Assembly: GCF_004010195.1 (NCBI RefSeq)
Contig: NC_057719.1
Span: 49,375,336-49,396,000 of the forward strand
Direction of reading: 5' to 3'
Origin: Chiloscyllium plagiosum
Lineage: Eukaryota
DNA: 20,665 bases
Shown piece by piece: positions 20,422 through 20,665 of the stretch (position 1 is its first letter; every line of letters begins with the position of its first letter). The translations under genes were made by a program, and so were the position numbers. The notes beneath the pieces were generated by a model. It ran no database searches, was not told the DNA's origin, and worked only from the letters and a program-made list of their open reading frames with translations.

Positions 20422-20665
20422 GGAGAAAGTGAGGACTGCAGATACTGGAGATCAGAGCTGAAAATGTGTTCCTGGAAAAGCGCAGCAGGTCAGGCAGCAT
20501 CCAAGGAGCAGGAGAATCGATGTTTCGGGCATGAGCCCTTCTTCAGGAATGAGGAGAGTGTGCCAAGCAGGCTAAGATAAAAGGTAGGGAGGAGGGACTT
20601 GGGGGAGGGGCGTTGGAAATGCGATTAAGGAGGTTAAGGTGAGGGTGATAGGCCGGAGTGGGGGT
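20422..20665 (-). mobile_element. Penelope-like element 3' end/pseudo-LTR, running off the window
   Basis: Reverse complement of the 3477-3604 sequence, followed by a purine-rich tract that mirrors the C-rich tract at 4050-4255. Confidence 0.85.
20515..20550 (-). ncRNA. Minimal hammerhead ribozyme motif (core boxes intact, stem III palindrome mutated)
   Basis: Minus strand reads auuc-CUGAAGA-A-GGGC-ucau-GCCC-GAAA-CAUC-gauu. Confidence 0.55.

Noticed and set aside
1..20665. CRISPR array, retron or other prokaryotic system
   Set aside because: There is no repeat-spacer periodicity or operon-like gene density, and all RT sequence is eukaryotic non-LTR type.

Overview
Eukaryotic, AT-rich, non-genic (intronic or intergenic) vertebrate DNA. 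The repeat families look like those of sharks, most like bamboo or epaulette sharks (Orectolobiformes); this is recognised from memory, not from a search. I found no intact host protein-coding gene, and the ORFs with recognisable protein motifs all derive from transposons. The window is a layered transposon graveyard. It holds several CR1 LINE copies, one of which carries an inverted, internally deleted CR1 nested in its RT region. It also holds RT fragments of a second CR1/L2-group LINE family, an old L2 3' end containing a recent 217-bp tandem duplication, three tRNA-derived SINEs, a probable solo LTR, and relics of both PIF/Harbinger ORFs (transposase and Myb/SANT). There are three Penelope-like element (PLE) 3' ends. 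The most notable signal is that each PLE end carries a minimal type I hammerhead ribozyme motif (CUGAnGA-stem II-GAAAC). The copy at 3477-3510 has an intact core and sits at the apex of a fold-back PLE insertion flanked by a perfect 13-bp target-site duplication. PLE hammerheads are a known class, so I cannot support a claim of a wholly new biological system here.
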